From assembly GCA_963675495.1 (NCBI GenBank), contig OY776215.1, positions 1,152,001-1,216,000 of the forward strand: a stretch of DNA of 64,000 nucleotides. Reading direction: 5' to 3'. Shown piece by piece: positions 1 to 12,264 of this stretch. Both the position numbers and the translations under genes were made by a program. The notes beneath the pieces are model-generated. The model was not told the DNA's origin. It made no database searches and saw nothing but the letters and a program-made list of their open reading frames with translations. The first letter of the stretch is position 1. Each line of letters opens with the position of its first letter. The stretch is from an uncultured Methanolobus sp. GTDB taxonomy: Archaea > Halobacteriota > Methanosarcinia > Methanosarcinales > Methanosarcinaceae.

Positions 1-153
1 ATAGTCCTTTACTTTTTGGATCATTCCTGCATTGTGAGGATTATCATTAAGGAGGACACAGTGGTTCACCTTGTGTAAGCGAAGCATCTTAAGGGTATCC
101 TTGATGGTACCTCTTACGTTTACATCTCCACGTACTCTAACCAAAGCGTACAT
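1..153 (-). CDS. rpl30: 50S ribosomal protein L30 (uL30), 5' part; runs off window start
   Basis: Own translation from ATG at 153: [35 protein letters not shown]..., archaeal L30 N-terminus, in the canonical position after S5. Confidence 0.93.
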   Translation of the reverse strand, partial: MYALVRVRGDVNVRGTIKDTLKMLRLHKVNHCVLLNDNPHNAGMIQKVKDY

Positions 154-154
154 T

Positions 155-790
155 TTAAGCCTCCTTCTTCTCCACATTCGCAGGAACTCTTACAGTACCT
201 GCATTCTGCAATGCTGTGAATGTTGCCTTTGCGAAGTTCAGGGTTGTCCTTGTAGTACCTTCGGTCCTTGTCCAGACATCTTTGATACCTGCCTTCTCAA
301 GCACTTTTCTTGCAGTATCTCCTGCAGCAAGACCAAGTCCTCTTGGCGCTGGTTTTAGTTCAACAACGACACTGCCGACCTTTCCACGTACCTCTGAAGG
401 TACAGTGTGTTCAAGTCCACATCCGCATTCCCATGAACCGCATCCACGCTTTACCTTAATTATATTGATCTTAGCGTTGCTGATAGCTTTTCTGATTGCA
501 GGTCCGACCTGGACGTCCTTTGCCTGTCCAAGACCGACAAAACCGTTTCCATTCCCAACAATAACAGTTGCTCTGAACTTTACACGACGTCCAGAGTCAG
601 TCATCCTCTGGACCATGTTGATATCAAGAACCTCATCCTCAAGATCAGGTAACAGAATATCGATTATATTGGATTCCCTAATAGGAAGACCTGACTCGAT
701 AGCCTCATCCATGGAAGTGATTTGCCCTTCCTGAACGAGCTTTCCAAGCCTTGTCTGTGGAACCCATGCCTCTTCATATTGATATGCCAT
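155..790 (-). CDS. rps5: 30S ribosomal protein S5 (uS5)
   Basis: [39 protein letters not shown] motifs. Confidence 0.98.
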   Translation of the reverse strand: MAYQYEEAWVPQTRLGKLVQEGQITSMDEAIESGLPIRESNIIDILLPDLEDEVLDINMVQRMTDSGRRVKFRATVIVGNGNGFVGLGQAKDVQVGPAIRKAISNAKINIIKVKRGCGSWECGCGLEHTVPSEVRGKVGSVVVELKPAPRGLGLAAGDTARKVLEKAGIKDVWTRTEGTTRTTLNFAKATFTALQNAGTVRVPANVEKKEA

Positions 791-798
791 ATAATCAC

Positions 799-1320
799 CT
801 AGTTGAAGTCAGCAGAGATCTTTTCCTTAACTGTATCGAACAGTTCAGGCAGATTTGAGCCTTCAATGTACTCTGCTACATGTTCTCCTCTTACTCTCTC
901 ATCTGAAGGAAGAACAGATGAGTCGTGAGGAATCTCGAATCCTGAATCTACAATACCTTTCAAGGTTGCATATACACGTGATCCGGAAGATGATGCCTGG
1001 AGTCCTATATCAAGAACGCCGTAATCATATCCCTTGCCCTGTGCCCTATAACCGAATAACAGACCGGTAAGGTACGCAGCTGTTGTGTTTCCAGTAGATG
1101 CCTCGTATCCATACTTTTTAAGTTCTGTTGAAATTGCAGATGAAAGGGTAACGTCCCCTTCAGGTTTAGGAGCTACAAGCTGGATCTGCATGTGCCTTGA
1201 ACTCTTGCGTACTACCACACGGTCTTCCTTTGAAAGAAGTAACCTGAGTCTCTGGTGGTAATCAGTACGCCCTTCTCTTCGTCGTCTGAATGCGACTTTA
1301 TATCTGGGTCCTGTTGCCAT
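799..1320 (-). CDS. rpl18: 50S ribosomal protein L18 (uL18)
   Basis: [22 protein letters not shown]; AAYLTGLL. Confidence 0.98.
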   Translation of the reverse strand: MATGPRYKVAFRRRREGRTDYHQRLRLLLSKEDRVVVRKSSRHMQIQLVAPKPEGDVTLSSAISTELKKYGYEASTGNTTAAYLTGLLFGYRAQGKGYDYGVLDIGLQASSSGSRVYATLKGIVDSGFEIPHDSSVLPSDERVRGEHVAEYIEGSNLPELFDTVKEKISADFN

Positions 1321-1322
1321 GA

Positions 1323-1781
1323 TTATTCCTCGTGCTTTATTAGCTTCTCTGACTCAAGGTGTGCCTTAAGGTGCGCTACACTGCGGTATTCTCCACCTTT
1401 TGCCTTACGGTAAACTTTACAGTAAGTAGACCTGTCCAATGAACCATCTTCACGCATTTGTTTAAGTTCCTTCCTCAAAGCACGGATCTTTTTCATCCAT
1501 TGCTCTTTGCGAGGATTACGTGCGCCCTTCTTACCTTTCCTCTTACCGTGTCCTTTTCGATGACCATACTTACGTTTGACATCTCTTATTCTTGCACGAC
1601 CGCGGCTTACACCCTTGACTGGTATAGCTTTAACACTGCCAGCCTCTATGAGCTCACGTATGTCAGCCCTTGTAATAGCCACTGCGATTTCTGCTGATGC
1701 TTCAGGGTCTAGCCAGACCCTGTGAACGCCACAACCTAATACCTGAGAAGCTATTCTCTTCTGGTTTGTAAGATCTGTCAT
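1323..1781 (-). CDS. rpl19e: 50S ribosomal protein L19e
   Basis: Start re-called at [12 protein letters not shown] (ATG 1781); [22 protein letters not shown]. Confidence 0.97.
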   Translation of the reverse strand: MTDLTNQKRIASQVLGCGVHRVWLDPEASAEIAVAITRADIRELIEAGSVKAIPVKGVSRGRARIRDVKRKYGHRKGHGKRKGKKGARNPRKEQWMKKIRALRKELKQMREDGSLDRSTYCKVYRKAKGGEYRSVAHLKAHLESEKLIKHEE

Positions 1782-1782
1782 C

Positions 1783-2172
1783 TTACTCACCTCTTGTTGG
1801 GTTGAGGACCTTAATAGAAAGCTCTGCAGCTTTTGCCTCAATGATTGCCTTCTTTCTTCCGCCAACCTTTCCAGATATCCTGATAGCTTCCTCAGCTGCA
1901 TTCACAGCATCAAGTTGTCCAACTGTGACTACGAAAACTTCTGCATATCCGGATGGGTGTAGACCTTTTACAGCAGCTGGGCTTCCATAGCCTACCTGAG
2001 CAAGAGCGCCTTTTGCTTTGATGTGTTTGCGCTGTTTACCCTGAAGACCTCTTGGACGTCTCCAGTTAGAATCCAGACGTTTGTACTTGTGACTGTCTGT
2101 CCTCTTGAAATCAGGTTTTTTGTGCTTCTGGACTTTCCTTACCTTAAAAAGGCGTTTAATTTTATCATCCAT
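1783..2172 (-). CDS. rpl32e: 50S ribosomal protein L32e
   Basis: KPDFKR, WRRPRG, GYGSP, GLHPSG. Confidence 0.97.
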   Translation of the reverse strand: MDDKIKRLFKVRKVQKHKKPDFKRTDSHKYKRLDSNWRRPRGLQGKQRKHIKAKGALAQVGYGSPAAVKGLHPSGYAEVFVVTVGQLDAVNAAEEAIRISGKVGGRKKAIIEAKAAELSIKVLNPTRGE

Positions 2173-2181
2173 TCAAATCAC

Positions 2182-2715
2182 CTACACTATCTTCTCCACT
2201 GTATATATTCCGTCCTGGAATACACGCGGGTCGAATCTCTTGATTCGGGTTGCCTGCTCGATATTGGCTGCTGTCTGGCCTACATCTTCCTTGTTGACAC
2301 CGGTAACGATTACCTCGTCTGCTGTGGTCTTCACCTTGGACTCGCCAAGAATATTTGCAGACCGTGCTTTTTTCTCTCCAAGGAAATTGCTGATCATTAG
2401 CTGTTTTCCTTCAACCTTGAGTTGCATAGGAAAGTGAGCGTAAACGACCTTCATGCGATATTCAAATCCATCAGCGACACCTTTCATCATATTTGCAACA
2501 TGTGATGCAAATGTTCCGACCATTGCCTTCTGGGTCTTCTTTGTGACTGATGAGTCTACAATAACCTCAGAACCTACAACCTCGATCTTGATGCCTGGGT
2601 ACCAGAAAGTCCTTTCGTTTTTGCCTTTTGGTCCTGATGTTGTCAGGAGCTGGCCCACGAACGTAACAGTCACACCGTCAGGGATAGGGATTATTTTCTT
2701 TATTTCTTTTGCCAT
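2182..2715 (-). CDS. rpl6: 50S ribosomal protein L6 (uL6)
   Basis: [24 protein letters not shown]. Confidence 0.98.
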   Translation of the reverse strand: MAKEIKKIIPIPDGVTVTFVGQLLTTSGPKGKNERTFWYPGIKIEVVGSEVIVDSSVTKKTQKAMVGTFASHVANMMKGVADGFEYRMKVVYAHFPMQLKVEGKQLMISNFLGEKKARSANILGESKVKTTADEVIVTGVNKEDVGQTAANIEQATRIKRFDPRVFQDGIYTVEKIV

Positions 2716-2730
2716 GTGACATCACATCCA

Positions 2731-3123
2731 TCAGTACACATATGCAAGTAACTGTCCACCAACATTATTCTCACGAGCTTCGTACTGAGATATTACACCA
2801 TTTGAGGTTGTCAATATCAATGTTCCAAAGTTCTTTGCAGGAAGAAACTGCTTTTCCCATCTTTCGAAGTCTGCAGCCCCCACTGAATAACGTGGTTTGA
2901 TAGCACCACACTTGTTGATCCTACCAATAAGTTCTACCTTGTAAATTCCCGCCTTACCGTCTTCGACGAATTCAAATTCACCGACATAGCCACGGTCCTG
3001 CATAACTTTCAGGACAGTGCCGATAAGTTTTGATGCGGGTCTAATGACACAGGAATCTTTACCAATTGCCTCTGCATTCTTTATCATAGACAAAGCGTCA
3101 GCAAGCGGATCTAATAATACCAT
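2731..3123 (-). CDS. rps8: 30S ribosomal protein S8 (uS8)
   Basis: Start re-called at [11 protein letters not shown] (ATG 3123); [27 protein letters not shown]. Confidence 0.98.
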   Translation of the reverse strand: MVLLDPLADALSMIKNAEAIGKDSCVIRPASKLIGTVLKVMQDRGYVGEFEFVEDGKAGIYKVELIGRINKCGAIKPRYSVGAADFERWEKQFLPAKNFGTLILTTSNGVISQYEARENNVGGQLLAYVY

Positions 3124-3133
3124 TTCTTTCACC

Positions 3134-3286
3134 TCACGTATACTTTTCAAATCCCATATCGTGGGCAACCTCACGGAAACAGTGTCTGCAAAGATAAATA
3201 TCGTATTTTCTTACAAGACCTTGTTTTCTTCCGCATCTCTTGCATTCATTTGCCCCTCTTCCAAAGCTCTTAGTGGTTTGAACCAT
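3134..3286 (-). CDS. rps14: 30S ribosomal protein S14 (uS14, Zn-finger type); missing from the ORF track
   Basis: Own translation: [50 protein letters not shown] (50 aa, CxxC...CxxC). Confidence 0.96.
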   Translation of the reverse strand: MVQTTKSFGRGANECKRCGRKQGLVRKYDIYLCRHCFREVAHDMGFEKYT

Positions 3287-3796
3287 TTATATTACCTCCA
3301 CGGAGTATGCGTCTTTGAAGAAAGCAACTGTATCCTCTTTTGTGATCCTGTGAGATGTAGGGATTTTCCTTTTAACTATCCTTCTTTTGTTGATCCTGTA
3401 ACCACGACGGTTGACAATTACATTAACATCCATACCAAAGATACCGATGTTAGGATCATATCTCATGCCCGGGAAATCGGTGTGTTCCTCAATACCAAAG
3501 GCAACATTCCCATACTTATCGAATTGGGATGATCTGAGCTTGCTCTCTACAATATCAAGTGCTATTTTAAGAAAGTTTTCTGCACGGTCGGCCCTGAGAG
3601 TAACCTTACAGCCAATTGGCTCGCTCTTCTTAATACCAAATGCTGGAAGAGTTCTTTTTGAATAGGTCCTGACAACAGACTGTCCGGTAATTTCACTGAG
3701 GATACCTTCAGCGTCCACGAGGTGCTGGCCACTTTCACCGACACCCATATGAACAACAACCTTCTCCACAATAGGTGTTCTCATTGGATTACTCAA
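3287..3796 (-). CDS. rpl5: 50S ribosomal protein L5 (uL5)
   Basis: [29 protein letters not shown]. Confidence 0.98.
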   Translation of the reverse strand: MSNPMRTPIVEKVVVHMGVGESGQHLVDAEGILSEITGQSVVRTYSKRTLPAFGIKKSEPIGCKVTLRADRAENFLKIALDIVESKLRSSQFDKYGNVAFGIEEHTDFPGMRYDPNIGIFGMDVNVIVNRRGYRINKRRIVKRKIPTSHRITKEDTVAFFKDAYSVEVI

Positions 3797-4499
3797 CTAC
3801 CTCACCACCTAGTTTTATCTCAGGTTCTTTCTCGCCTATGATGACAACGAATTCTTCGATCGTCTCAAACTCATAGTCCCCGGATATTGAAACTGTGTTG
3901 TGCTTGGAACTTCTTACTGTGTTGATATCTTTAATAGTACCAATTTCACCAGTATGCTTTCCACCAACGATCATAGCAAGATTACCAACCTCGTATTTAA
4001 TATGCTTGACAATATCCTTGTCAGGCAGGGAGAGGATGAGTGAATCCTTTGGCTTGTAGTCATTGGAGCCCAGGAGGTTTGTACCGTCATTGAGGTTAAG
4101 CTGCACAGCTCCACCTTTTACAATAGTCTTGCCGTTGATCCTGCAAAGCTTGTTTACATTGGAATCTGCCAGCTTATGAACTTCAAGTCTTCCCTTGCGA
4201 TCCAGCAACATACGGTATGCTGCATCTTCGAGAGGAATTGAGATTACATCTAAAAGACCTACAGGGAATCTGAGATCCTTTCTGACAACACCATCAACGA
4301 GCACACTACCTTCGGAAAGAATGCGCTTTGCTTCTGCACGGGTGTCTACAACACCCAGCATATCCCTCAGGACTACACCCAGAGGCATGCTCTGCTGCTT
4401 GTTATGTGGACCCGGTCTTGTTGATGTGACCCATTTATTGGATTTCTTTGATACCTGCCAGCTGTTAGGGACAGATATTCTTTTCTGATGTTTGCCCAC
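3789..4499 (-). CDS. rps4e: 30S ribosomal protein S4e
   Basis: [29 protein letters not shown]. Confidence 0.98.
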   Translation of the reverse strand: MGKHQKRISVPNSWQVSKKSNKWVTSTRPGPHNKQQSMPLGVVLRDMLGVVDTRAEAKRILSEGSVLVDGVVRKDLRFPVGLLDVISIPLEDAAYRMLLDRKGRLEVHKLADSNVNKLCRINGKTIVKGGAVQLNLNDGTNLLGSNDYKPKDSLILSLPDKDIVKHIKYEVGNLAMIVGGKHTGEIGTIKDINTVRSSKHNTVSISGDYEFETIEEFVVIIGEKEPEIKLGGEVVE

Positions 4500-4503
4500 A
4501 AAA

Positions 4504-4857
4504 TCACCTGTTATTAATAATTTCTTCTCTGTGTTTGTCCTTCATTTCAAGGGTTGTGATCATCACGTTTGAAGGGTAAACAGGTCTTGCAACCTCTGTT
4601 CCATCTGCTTTTGAAACTGTTATACCTTCTACAATGATCGTTCCGTGCTTCAGGGAAATTGCTTCCACTATTCCGGAAGTTCCTGCATGGTCCCCACGCA
4701 TTAACTTTACAGTATCACCAACAATCACATTGGCTGTGCGACGACTGTATTTGTCACGGAGATCCTTTGAAAGAAGAGCACCCATATATTTCTGTTTGAT
4801 GTGCAGAGGAGCAGTATATCTTGCTTTTCTCTGTTTTCTTGGTTGATTTGATACCAT
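4504..4857 (-). CDS. rpl24: 50S ribosomal protein L24 (uL24)
   Basis: [14 protein letters not shown]; KOW-like [10 protein letters not shown]. Confidence 0.97.
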   Translation of the reverse strand: MVSNQPRKQRKARYTAPLHIKQKYMGALLSKDLRDKYSRRTANVIVGDTVKLMRGDHAGTSGIVEAISLKHGTIIVEGITVSKADGTEVARPVYPSNVMITTLEMKDKHREEIINNR

Positions 4858-4867
4858 ATTTCACACC

Positions 4868-5266
4868 TCACACAACAATAGATGCTGTTGTACCTATCTT
4901 AGGGAACCTTTCTGCTGCTTCTCTTGCAACAGGACCTTTTATGTCAGTTCCTTTTGGGATACCATCTGCGTCAACAATGACAACTGCATTATCTTCAAAG
5001 GAAACCCTCAGACCGTCTGGTCGGTGAAGTTCCTGTTTCTGGCGTATGATTACTGCAAGGAGGATCTGCTTACGCATTTCCGGTGTTCCTTTCTTCACGG
5101 AAACTACGCACATGTTACCAACACCTGCTCGAGGATGTCTGTTCTTAACACCTCTGTAGCCCTTTACGGATATAATCTCAACTACACGTGCACCAGTATT
5201 GTCCACGCAGTCGATCTTAGCACCAGCGTTAAGTGCACGGGGAACTGTGGATCTAATTCCTCTCAT
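4868..5266 (-). CDS. rpl14: 50S ribosomal protein L14 (uL14)
   Basis: [23 protein letters not shown]. Confidence 0.98.
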   Translation of the reverse strand: MRGIRSTVPRALNAGAKIDCVDNTGARVVEIISVKGYRGVKNRHPRAGVGNMCVVSVKKGTPEMRKQILLAVIIRQKQELHRPDGLRVSFEDNAVVIVDADGIPKGTDIKGPVAREAAERFPKIGTTASIVV

Positions 5267-5592
5267 TCCTGTGCCTCCGCTTTAATGACCACATACGACT
5301 TTGTCTTGCTAAGAGGCCTGCATTCTGCCACTGTCACAACGTCCCCTACTTTTGCATCAACGCAAGGTGGATTGTGTGCGTGAATCTTAGATTGCCTCTT
5401 TTCATATCTCTGATATTTCTTAATGAGAATCTCATGTTTACGCTGGATGACCACTGTCTTGTCCATTTTATCGCTAACAACAGTCCCTACTAGGACCTGC
5501 CCACGAACTGGAAGTGCTCCATGGAATGGACAATTTACATCATCACATTCCTCAGTGGGAGCTGGGACATCCAATCCAATATCTTTAACCAT
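5263..5592 (-). CDS. rps17: 30S ribosomal protein S17 (uS17)
   Basis: [27 protein letters not shown]. Confidence 0.98.
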   Translation of the reverse strand: MVKDIGLDVPAPTEECDDVNCPFHGALPVRGQVLVGTVVSDKMDKTVVIQRKHEILIKKYQRYEKRQSKIHAHNPPCVDAKVGDVVTVAECRPLSKTKSYVVIKAEAQE

Positions 5593-5597
5593 GATTA

Positions 5598-5909
5598 TTA
5601 CCTCATGTGTATTTTTCTTATATTCTTTGTTCTGTTCTCAGGTTGTGAGAGCAGAAGGTTTCCATTCACTTTAACATACCTCTGGGCATGCTTACCGGAT
5701 AATTGGGCAGGTATCTGAAACACAAAGGAAGTACCGTTTTTCTGAATCATTTTCTCAGTTCCTTTTGTTGTTTGAACAATTATCATGTTCTTTGTTTCGT
5801 CAACCACTTTGCCACTTATATCTTTCAAGATCGGATTAGTTGCTTCTACTATTGTCACTTGTAATCCGATCAGTTCATGGAATACCAGTTTCGAAGGAGT
5901 GATCTCCAA
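5598..5909 (-). CDS. rnp1: Ribonuclease P protein component 1 (Rpp29/POP4)
   Basis: [19 protein letters not shown]...PE.R; canonical position between L29 and S17; TTG start. Confidence 0.93.
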   Translation of the reverse strand: MEITPSKLVFHELIGLQVTIVEATNPILKDISGKVVDETKNMIIVQTTKGTEKMIQKNGTSFVFQIPAQLSGKHAQRYVKVNGNLLLSQPENRTKNIRKIHMR

Positions 5910-5910
5910 A

Positions 5911-6114
5911 TCAGATCTCCTTCATTTCCCGCTGGATGGTCTTTATTCTGGCAACGGTTCTCCTTAGCTCGCCAATCCTGCCTGGATTGTCAGGAGCTCC
6001 GCCAGCAGATGAAAGAGCACGCTCGCGAATGAGTTCATCCCTCATTTTGTCGAGTTCGTCCATCCTTTCTTCCGGGGACATATCCCTTATCTCGTTCAAG
6101 CGGAGAATTGCCAT
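5911..6114 (-). CDS. rpl29: 50S ribosomal protein L29 (uL29)
   Basis: [25 protein letters not shown]. Confidence 0.97.
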   Translation of the reverse strand: MAILRLNEIRDMSPEERMDELDKMRDELIRERALSSAGGAPDNPGRIGELRRTVARIKTIQREMKEI

Positions 6115-7037
6115 TATTTCTCCTCCTTGTGGACACGTGAGACTGGATGCCAGTAGTCATAGCCATCATGCTTATGCTGCCATACATCATCAACCAGCCT
6201 TCGTTCTGCCTCGGGATTTTCTTCAGGGATTGAATCATCAGATTCAGATGCTTCATCTACACAGGATTCTTCTTCAACTTTCTCAGCTGAAGCTTCTTCA
6301 GTGACTCCTGTTTCCGTGACTTCTGCAACTTCTACTACTTCCTCCTCGTCTGCAACCTCGCCTTCTGATTCCTTGTCTACGAGTTCTGCGATGTCAGCCT
6401 TTGCAGCTTCCGGTGCAACAGCTTCGACCACATCAGCCTCTACGACTTCTTTAATATCAAAAGCGTCAGGTAATACTGCACCTGGAGGGATGATCCTAAC
6501 TTTACAACCAAGGGTTCCCAGCTTTTTGACAGCTGTTGCGAAACCCTCGTCAACTATATCTTCAGCAGGTTTTCCGGCATGTTTGATGTATCCATCAACG
6601 AGTTTTTCAACCCTTGACCTTGAACCTGTTAATTTACCTGAAATTACGATTTCACAGCCCAGTGCACCGGAGTTCATAATAGCTCTAAGAGTATTATGAC
6701 CGGCTTTTCTGAAATACCAGCCTCTTTCAATTGAAGAAGCAAGGCGTGAAGCCATCATCTGGGCATTGAGCTCTGGTCTTTTAACTTCCTGAGCATCTAT
6801 CTGGGGGTTGTCCATATCGTACATCCTGTCGATGTCACGTGTAAGTTTACGGATGACCTTACCAGCTTTACCAATGACCATACCTGGCTTTTCAGCATAT
6901 ACAGTGATTTGGGTACCCATCGGAGTACGATTGATCTCCATCCCACCGTAGCCTGCTTTGCTGAGCTGTTTTAAAAAATATTCGTTCATGGAGGCTTTTA
7001 CATAACCTTCCCGAACGAACTTCTTTTCTATTGCCAT
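6114..7037 (-). CDS. rps3: 30S ribosomal protein S3 (uS3) with acidic C-terminal extension
   Basis: KH domain [30 protein letters not shown]. Confidence 0.98.
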   Translation of the reverse strand: MAIEKKFVREGYVKASMNEYFLKQLSKAGYGGMEINRTPMGTQITVYAEKPGMVIGKAGKVIRKLTRDIDRMYDMDNPQIDAQEVKRPELNAQMMASRLASSIERGWYFRKAGHNTLRAIMNSGALGCEIVISGKLTGSRSRVEKLVDGYIKHAGKPAEDIVDEGFATAVKKLGTLGCKVRIIPPGAVLPDAFDIKEVVEADVVEAVAPEAAKADIAELVDKESEGEVADEEEVVEVAEVTETGVTEEASAEKVEEESCVDEASESDDSIPEENPEAERRLVDDVWQHKHDGYDYWHPVSRVHKEEK

Positions 7038-7492
7038 TAAAGCACCTCATTCAAAATAATCTCGACATTCACAGTTTCTGTGTTCTTGGGGCTGCCACGT
7101 CCACGTGCCCTTGGTCTCATTCCGTGAATGACACGTCCACGCTTTGCAGAAATATGTGCAATATACATATGCTCCGGGTCAAGTCCCTTGTATTCAGCAT
7201 TGCTGTTGGCGTTCTCCAAGATCTTCAGGAAAGCCTCAGCGACCTTTACAGGGTATCTACCGTTTGCCATTGGACCTTTTCTGTGTCCTGAACCATCGCC
7301 GTGCCTTTTAAAAGGAACTGCCTGTTTCATTATTACAACTTCTTCAAGGTATCTTTTGGCTACAGTGGTACGCATACCTTTGATCGCCTTACCAAGTTCT
7401 CGTGACTTTTTCGGGGAGATGTGAAGTTCAGCACCCATAGCTTTTGAGCTTACTTTTGGGTCTAATTCCATAGAATATCCAATTCTTGCCAT
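7037..7492 (-). CDS. rpl22: 50S ribosomal protein L22 (uL22)
   Basis: [20 protein letters not shown]. Confidence 0.98.
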   Translation of the reverse strand: MARIGYSMELDPKVSSKAMGAELHISPKKSRELGKAIKGMRTTVAKRYLEEVVIMKQAVPFKRHGDGSGHRKGPMANGRYPVKVAEAFLKILENANSNAEYKGLDPEHMYIAHISAKRGRVIHGMRPRARGRGSPKNTETVNVEIILNEVL

Positions 7493-7501
7493 GATCTCAC
7501 C

Positions 7502-7915
7502 TTACTTAAGTGGCACGAACTTACTTGAACGGGTTGCTCCTACACCAGCGCTTCCGTGGGAAACCTTTGGACGGGTTGGTGAGAACTCTCCGAATCTGTG
7601 TCCGATCATTTCAGGCTGTATTTCAAAAGCCACAAATGATTTGCCGTTATACACTTCTACATTTTTGCCGACCATTTCAGGGAATATAATGATGTCCCTG
7701 TAATGGGTTCTCAGATTATCCTTGCCATCCCTGAGCTGTTGAACTACGCTCTTCCTGCCATCTGTGTAGCCCCTCTTAAGAGTACGGCGTTCACGTGCAG
7801 GTAACATCTCAGCAAATTCATCATTGCTAATGGCCTGGAGTTCTGTTACTGTTTTACCACGGTAGGTGTATTCACCTTTTCGTTTTGGTAATCTTGATGA
7901 TAATTTCTTTGCCAT
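7502..7915 (-). CDS. rps19: 30S ribosomal protein S19 (uS19)
   Basis: [29 protein letters not shown]. Confidence 0.98.
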   Translation of the reverse strand: MAKKLSSRLPKRKGEYTYRGKTVTELQAISNDEFAEMLPARERRTLKRGYTDGRKSVVQQLRDGKDNLRTHYRDIIIFPEMVGKNVEVYNGKSFVAFEIQPEMIGHRFGEFSPTRPKVSHGSAGVGATRSSKFVPLK

Positions 7916-7929
7916 GTAATAACCTCCGG

Positions 7930-8643
7930 TTAACGCTTTCCGGTCCTGCGTGCTGCAATCTGACCTACCTTACGTCCTGGAGGCGCATTCCTTCCAACCG
8001 TTGTTGGCTTACCAGGATGCTTACGGTTACCTCCACCATATGGGTGGTCAATAGCGTTCATAGCAACACCTGATACACGAGGATATTTTGCAGCTCTTGT
8101 CTTCATCTTGTGGTACTTTTTACCTGCCTTAAGGAAAGGCCTGTCAACCCTACCGCCACCTGCAACGATACCTATTGTTGCACGGCATTTAGGATTTAAC
8201 CACTTCATCTCACCTGATGGCAATTGAACAACGGTCTTACCCTTATCGTGGGATACAACAGTTGCATAGGCACCAGATGCACGTGCGAACTGTCCACCAT
8301 CATTTGGTTTGGACTCAATGTTGCAGACCGGGATACCTTCTGGGATCTCTGCAAGAGGCAGGATGTTACCAGGTTTTATCTCAGCTGATATTCCACATGC
8401 TATCTGTTCGCCCAAAGAAATACCTTCAGGTGCAATGATCAGGCGTTCTTCACCAGTGTCAAAGGAAACCCTGACAATAGGTGCTGAACGAGCCGGATCG
8501 TGTGTAATTTCAATAACTGTACCATAAACTGTGCCTTCTTCATCGACACGTGGGTGTTTAAGTGCAGCTTTGTACTTGTGTGACGGAGCCCTGTAAGTAG
8601 GAGATCCACGACCTCTGTTCTGTGATATAAGTCTCTTAGTCAT
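7930..8643 (-). CDS. rpl2: 50S ribosomal protein L2 (uL2)
   Basis: [29 protein letters not shown]. Confidence 0.98.
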   Translation of the reverse strand: MTKRLISQNRGRGSPTYRAPSHKYKAALKHPRVDEEGTVYGTVIEITHDPARSAPIVRVSFDTGEERLIIAPEGISLGEQIACGISAEIKPGNILPLAEIPEGIPVCNIESKPNDGGQFARASGAYATVVSHDKGKTVVQLPSGEMKWLNPKCRATIGIVAGGGRVDRPFLKAGKKYHKMKTRAAKYPRVSGVAMNAIDHPYGGGNRKHPGKPTTVGRNAPPGRKVGQIAARRTGKR

Positions 8644-8654
8644 GTATATTCACC

Positions 8655-8903
8655 TCACATCAAGCCAATTCTAGTCGCTATCTCATGGGCAGCTTCTGTG
8701 CCTTCGAAAGTAACGATAGCTTTCTTCAGACCTTTCATTGTGCTCATTGTACAGACAGATGCAACAGGGAACCCGTACATCTTCATTACATCAGCCTTGA
8801 TCTGATTCTTGTTTGCGCGGGTATCAACAATGAACTGAAGTTTATTGTCTTCCAGCAGCATCATCGCTTTTTCAGTGATAAACGGATACTTGATGACATT
8901 CAT
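8655..8903 (-). CDS. rpl23: 50S ribosomal protein L23 (uL23)
   Basis: [25 protein letters not shown]. Confidence 0.97.
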   Translation of the reverse strand: MNVIKYPFITEKAMMLLEDNKLQFIVDTRANKNQIKADVMKMYGFPVASVCTMSTMKGLKKAIVTFEGTEAAHEIATRIGLM

Positions 8904-9661
8904 TCGAACATTCCCCCAAGAGAGGACATTGCAGACTCGGTCCAGACTACTAATCTACCTGCATGTGTTCCTGGTGCAAGGAGCTCAGCATTCAATGCAT
9001 CAACAGATACAACATCCACGCCTGAAAGGTTTCTTGCAGATCTCATCAATGGACTGTCACATGTTGCAACAATGAGGAGACTCTTCTTGTTCTTGTATCT
9101 CCTCCCACGGATCTTACCCTTTCCTGCACGGATATTTCTTCCATCCTTTGCACGGATCACGTCGTCGTAAACACCTGCATTCTGCAGGAAGCTTATAACA
9201 TCCTTTGTCTTTTCAACGTTTTCAAGTTCATCTGCAGCGACCAATGGAAGCTGTGCATCGAACCTGTGCCCACGGCCTTTTACGAGTTCTGCATCGGTTG
9301 TTGCAGCGATTGCAGAGCGTATGGCCATACGCCTTTCTTTCTTGTTGACCTTTTCAGTTTTGTCCGCTTCAGGCTTTGGAGGATGTGCTCTCCTACCACC
9401 TACAGCCTGAGGAACTCTTGCTGCACGGCTACCATTGACAATTCTTGGGATCTGAGCAGCGCCTCTGCCTGAGCCCCATGATTTTGCGGAGGTATCCATA
9501 CCAGAGTACATCCTAGGACCATATGGCTGATACCTGTTTGCCTGAGCTGCAAGAACTGCTCTTTTGATAAGATCAGGTCTGTATGCTTCATCGAATACTT
9601 CAGGAAGGTCTATGTCTCCCTTAGCATTTCCTGATAAATCTATAATTTTTGCTGTAACCAT
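8900..9661 (-). CDS. rpl4: 50S ribosomal protein L4 (uL4)
   Basis: [39 protein letters not shown]. Confidence 0.98.
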   Translation of the reverse strand: MVTAKIIDLSGNAKGDIDLPEVFDEAYRPDLIKRAVLAAQANRYQPYGPRMYSGMDTSAKSWGSGRGAAQIPRIVNGSRAARVPQAVGGRRAHPPKPEADKTEKVNKKERRMAIRSAIAATTDAELVKGRGHRFDAQLPLVAADELENVEKTKDVISFLQNAGVYDDVIRAKDGRNIRAGKGKIRGRRYKNKKSLLIVATCDSPLMRSARNLSGVDVVSVDALNAELLAPGTHAGRLVVWTESAMSSLGGMFE

Positions 9662-9666
9662 TCAGT

Positions 9667-10680
9667 TCACCCCTGCTTGGACTGTGTACTTACGTGAACG
9701 ATCTGTGGTTCACTCGTAGCAGGTACTTTTGACCTCATTGGATCTCTAAGCCTTACAAGCCTCTTTGAAGGTCCAGGAATACTTCCTTTAATGAGGACAT
9801 ATTCACCACGGATAAGACCGTAGTTGATGAAACCACCTGTTGGAGTAATCTCTTCCCCATCGGTACCTACCTTCAGGATACGCTTGTTGTATTCAGTTCT
9901 CTGGTGGTAACCCATCTGTCCCATCTGTGGCACTGTCCATCTGACAACTGCTGGATGCCATGGACCAAGCGTACCGACCTGTCTGAGACTTCCCTGACGT
10001 GAGTGCTTGTTCTTCATCAGGTTGATACCCCATCTCTTTACAGGACCCTGGGTACCTTTACCGGTTGTGATAGCTGCCACGTCTACAAATGTACCTTCAT
10101 CAAAAACATCACTGAGCTTTATCTCTGAGCCGAGTAGGGACTTTGCATATTCGAACTTTGCCTTTACATCAGACCCACTGACTGCGGTCTCCATTATGTC
10201 AGCGTTCTTTTTAGGAACACCTGTCAGTTTCTTTGGTAAAGTGTAAGTTATCACTTTGATGTCCGTAACATCGCCTTCATCGATCATGCCCTCGATCTTT
10301 GCAAGAGCAGATTCTGTATTGGATGTCTTTGGCAATGCAATTGTCTTTCCAAGACTCTCATCAAGGTCTGCTGCCCAGGCTTCGGAAAGTGCTTTGTCAC
10401 CATACGTAGAGCTTGTGTAGGCACGGACTGCAGCAACACGAACAGCAGGAGTTTCTACAACAGTTACAGGAACTGAGATCTCCATACCTTCTGTGAGGCT
10501 GTATTTTACGTCATCTACCATTACCACATGAGTCATACCCACTTTGTAACCTGCAAAATCCTGAAGCTTTGGTTCTCCAGCAGCTTGTGGCCATGAGTTA
10601 AACCTTGGTATGTGGCTTTTTGCTCTTACGCGTGGACTGAAAGCGAGTGATCCTCGTTTTGGTCTGTGTCCTTTTGCCAT
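9667..10680 (-). CDS. rpl3: 50S ribosomal protein L3 (uL3), first gene of the operon
   Basis: [45 protein letters not shown]. Confidence 0.98.
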   Translation of the reverse strand: MAKGHRPKRGSLAFSPRVRAKSHIPRFNSWPQAAGEPKLQDFAGYKVGMTHVVMVDDVKYSLTEGMEISVPVTVVETPAVRVAAVRAYTSSTYGDKALSEAWAADLDESLGKTIALPKTSNTESALAKIEGMIDEGDVTDIKVITYTLPKKLTGVPKKNADIMETAVSGSDVKAKFEYAKSLLGSEIKLSDVFDEGTFVDVAAITTGKGTQGPVKRWGINLMKNKHSRQGSLRQVGTLGPWHPAVVRWTVPQMGQMGYHQRTEYNKRILKVGTDGEEITPTGGFINYGLIRGEYVLIKGSIPGPSKRLVRLRDPMRSKVPATSEPQIVHVSTQSKQG

Positions 10681-11071
10681 TATTATTCTCCTAATTTAAC
10701 ATTTTCTTCTTGAGGGTCAATACAATTTTGCAAGACCCATTACGCGAGAAAGTCAGGCAGGAACCACTAATGAATAAGAAGTAGATGTAATGTCAGCGGA
10801 CTCCACGTACTCACATGGTACGCATTCAACACTAACTCTTACGCCCTTCCAGTCATCAACGGACCTTAGTATGCCCATGGGCATTACTGAGTGGTCATCT
10901 CGAAAAGATTTAAACACTTCAGTATTTTATCACATTTTGTGTAAGCGGGCATTCTCGAAGAGGCCCAGTTATACTTCATGTTAAATCCGACTTTTTCGCA
11001 CTGTAATCTTAATTCAGTCAAATAACCATATTTCAATGGAATCTAACGTGCGCCTTTAAACGGACATATTG

Positions 11072-11087
11072 TATATAAACCCTTTGC
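11072..11087 (-). promoter_or_regulatory. Putative BRE-TATA promoter of the ribosomal protein operon
   Basis: Minus strand reads GCAAAGGG-TTTATATA, a match to the archaeal BRE/TATA consensus, ~390 nt upstream of rpl3. Confidence 0.55.
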
Positions 11088-11351
11088 AAGCAAATGGACG
11101 AAAATAAAACAGTATAGAGTATCAGAGCACCATAATCCAAATGCAAATGAAAAGCATAGGACTGCATTATAATAATACACTACACCACAACTACAAACTA
11201 CAATATAATACTACCCAATAAAATCAAAAAACGCATGAAAGTTAAGAAGATTATTAAAAGTAGAAAACGGATATATACAGAAAGTCTCCTGACAAATTTT
11301 GGGAAATAGACAAAGATCAATCACATAGATAATAATTAAGGGAGTAAAAAA

Positions 11352-12215
11352 GTGGAAATTAAAAAAGCCGTGATACCTGTAGCAGGGCTGGGAACCAGGT
11401 TCTTGCCGGCAACAAAGTCCATGCCAAAGGAAATGCTGCCAATCATCGATAAACCAGTGATCCATCACGTGGTTGAGGAAGCTATCGCCTCGGGGATCGA
11501 TGACATCATATTCATAACCGGAAGAAGTAAAAGATCCATAGAGGACTACTTTGATGATTCCCCAGAACTCGAAAGCCACCTCCGGCAAAAGAACAATGAA
11601 AAACTTTTGAAGATCGTGCAGGATATTTCTTCAATGGTGGATATCCACTACATCAGACAAAAAGAGCCAAGAGGTCTGGGAGATGCAATCCTCACGGCAA
11701 AGAAACACATAAATGATGAACCTTTTGCTGTATTGCTTGGTGATGATATCATAGTGAACGAGAAACCATGCACAAAACAGTTGATCGATAACTTCCAGAA
11801 ATACGGCCGTTCAACAATAGCAGTGGAAGAAGTCCCCTTTGAAAAGACAGGCAGTTACGGCATCATTAAAGGTAAGGTATTGGATGACTCACTATATGTA
11901 CTTGAAGACATTGTGGAAAAACCAAAGCCTGAAGATGCCCCTTCCAATATAGGCGCCATTGGAAGGTATGTATTTACACCGGAGATATTGGACTGCATCA
12001 AAGAAACGACCGCTGGAGTAGGTAACGAGATACAACTTACAGATGGTATACGTCTTTTGAAGGAAGAACAGAAGATATACGCATACAAATTCACAGGTAA
12101 AAGATACGACACCGGTGACAAGGTTGAATACGTTAAAGCCATCATCGATTTCGCCCTCAACAACGAAGAAATGAGAGAGCAAATAAAACAACACATCACA
12201 GATATAGATCTGTGA
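11352..12215 (+). CDS. galU: UTP--glucose-1-phosphate uridylyltransferase
   Basis: KAVIPVAGLGTRFLPATK..PKEMLP, RQKEPRGLGDA, VEKP, EIQLTD; GTG start after GGGAG. Confidence 0.96.
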   Translation: MEIKKAVIPVAGLGTRFLPATKSMPKEMLPIIDKPVIHHVVEEAIASGIDDIIFITGRSKRSIEDYFDDSPELESHLRQKNNEKLLKIVQDISSMVDIHYIRQKEPRGLGDAILTAKKHINDEPFAVLLGDDIIVNEKPCTKQLIDNFQKYGRSTIAVEEVPFEKTGSYGIIKGKVLDDSLYVLEDIVEKPKPEDAPSNIGAIGRYVFTPEILDCIKETTAGVGNEIQLTDGIRLLKEEQKIYAYKFTGKRYDTGDKVEYVKAIIDFALNNEEMREQIKQHITDIDL

Positions 12216-12264
12216 TCCTATTTCCCACTTATTAGATTACTTCATTGCAAAATGAAGCAATTAA

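Noticed and set aside
799-2184. TAG stops of rpl18 (799-801) and rpl6 (2182-2184) as pyrrolysine read-through sites
   Set aside because: Both TAGs form part of the next gene's AGGTGA RBS; rpl6 has a TGA after two more codons and rpl18 read-through is out of frame with rps5
216-9591. Many plus-strand ORFs opposite the ribosomal protein genes (e.g. 216-734, 3017-3532, 8685-9170)
   Set aside because: Antisense shadows of highly conserved genes, with no RBS or recognisable motifs
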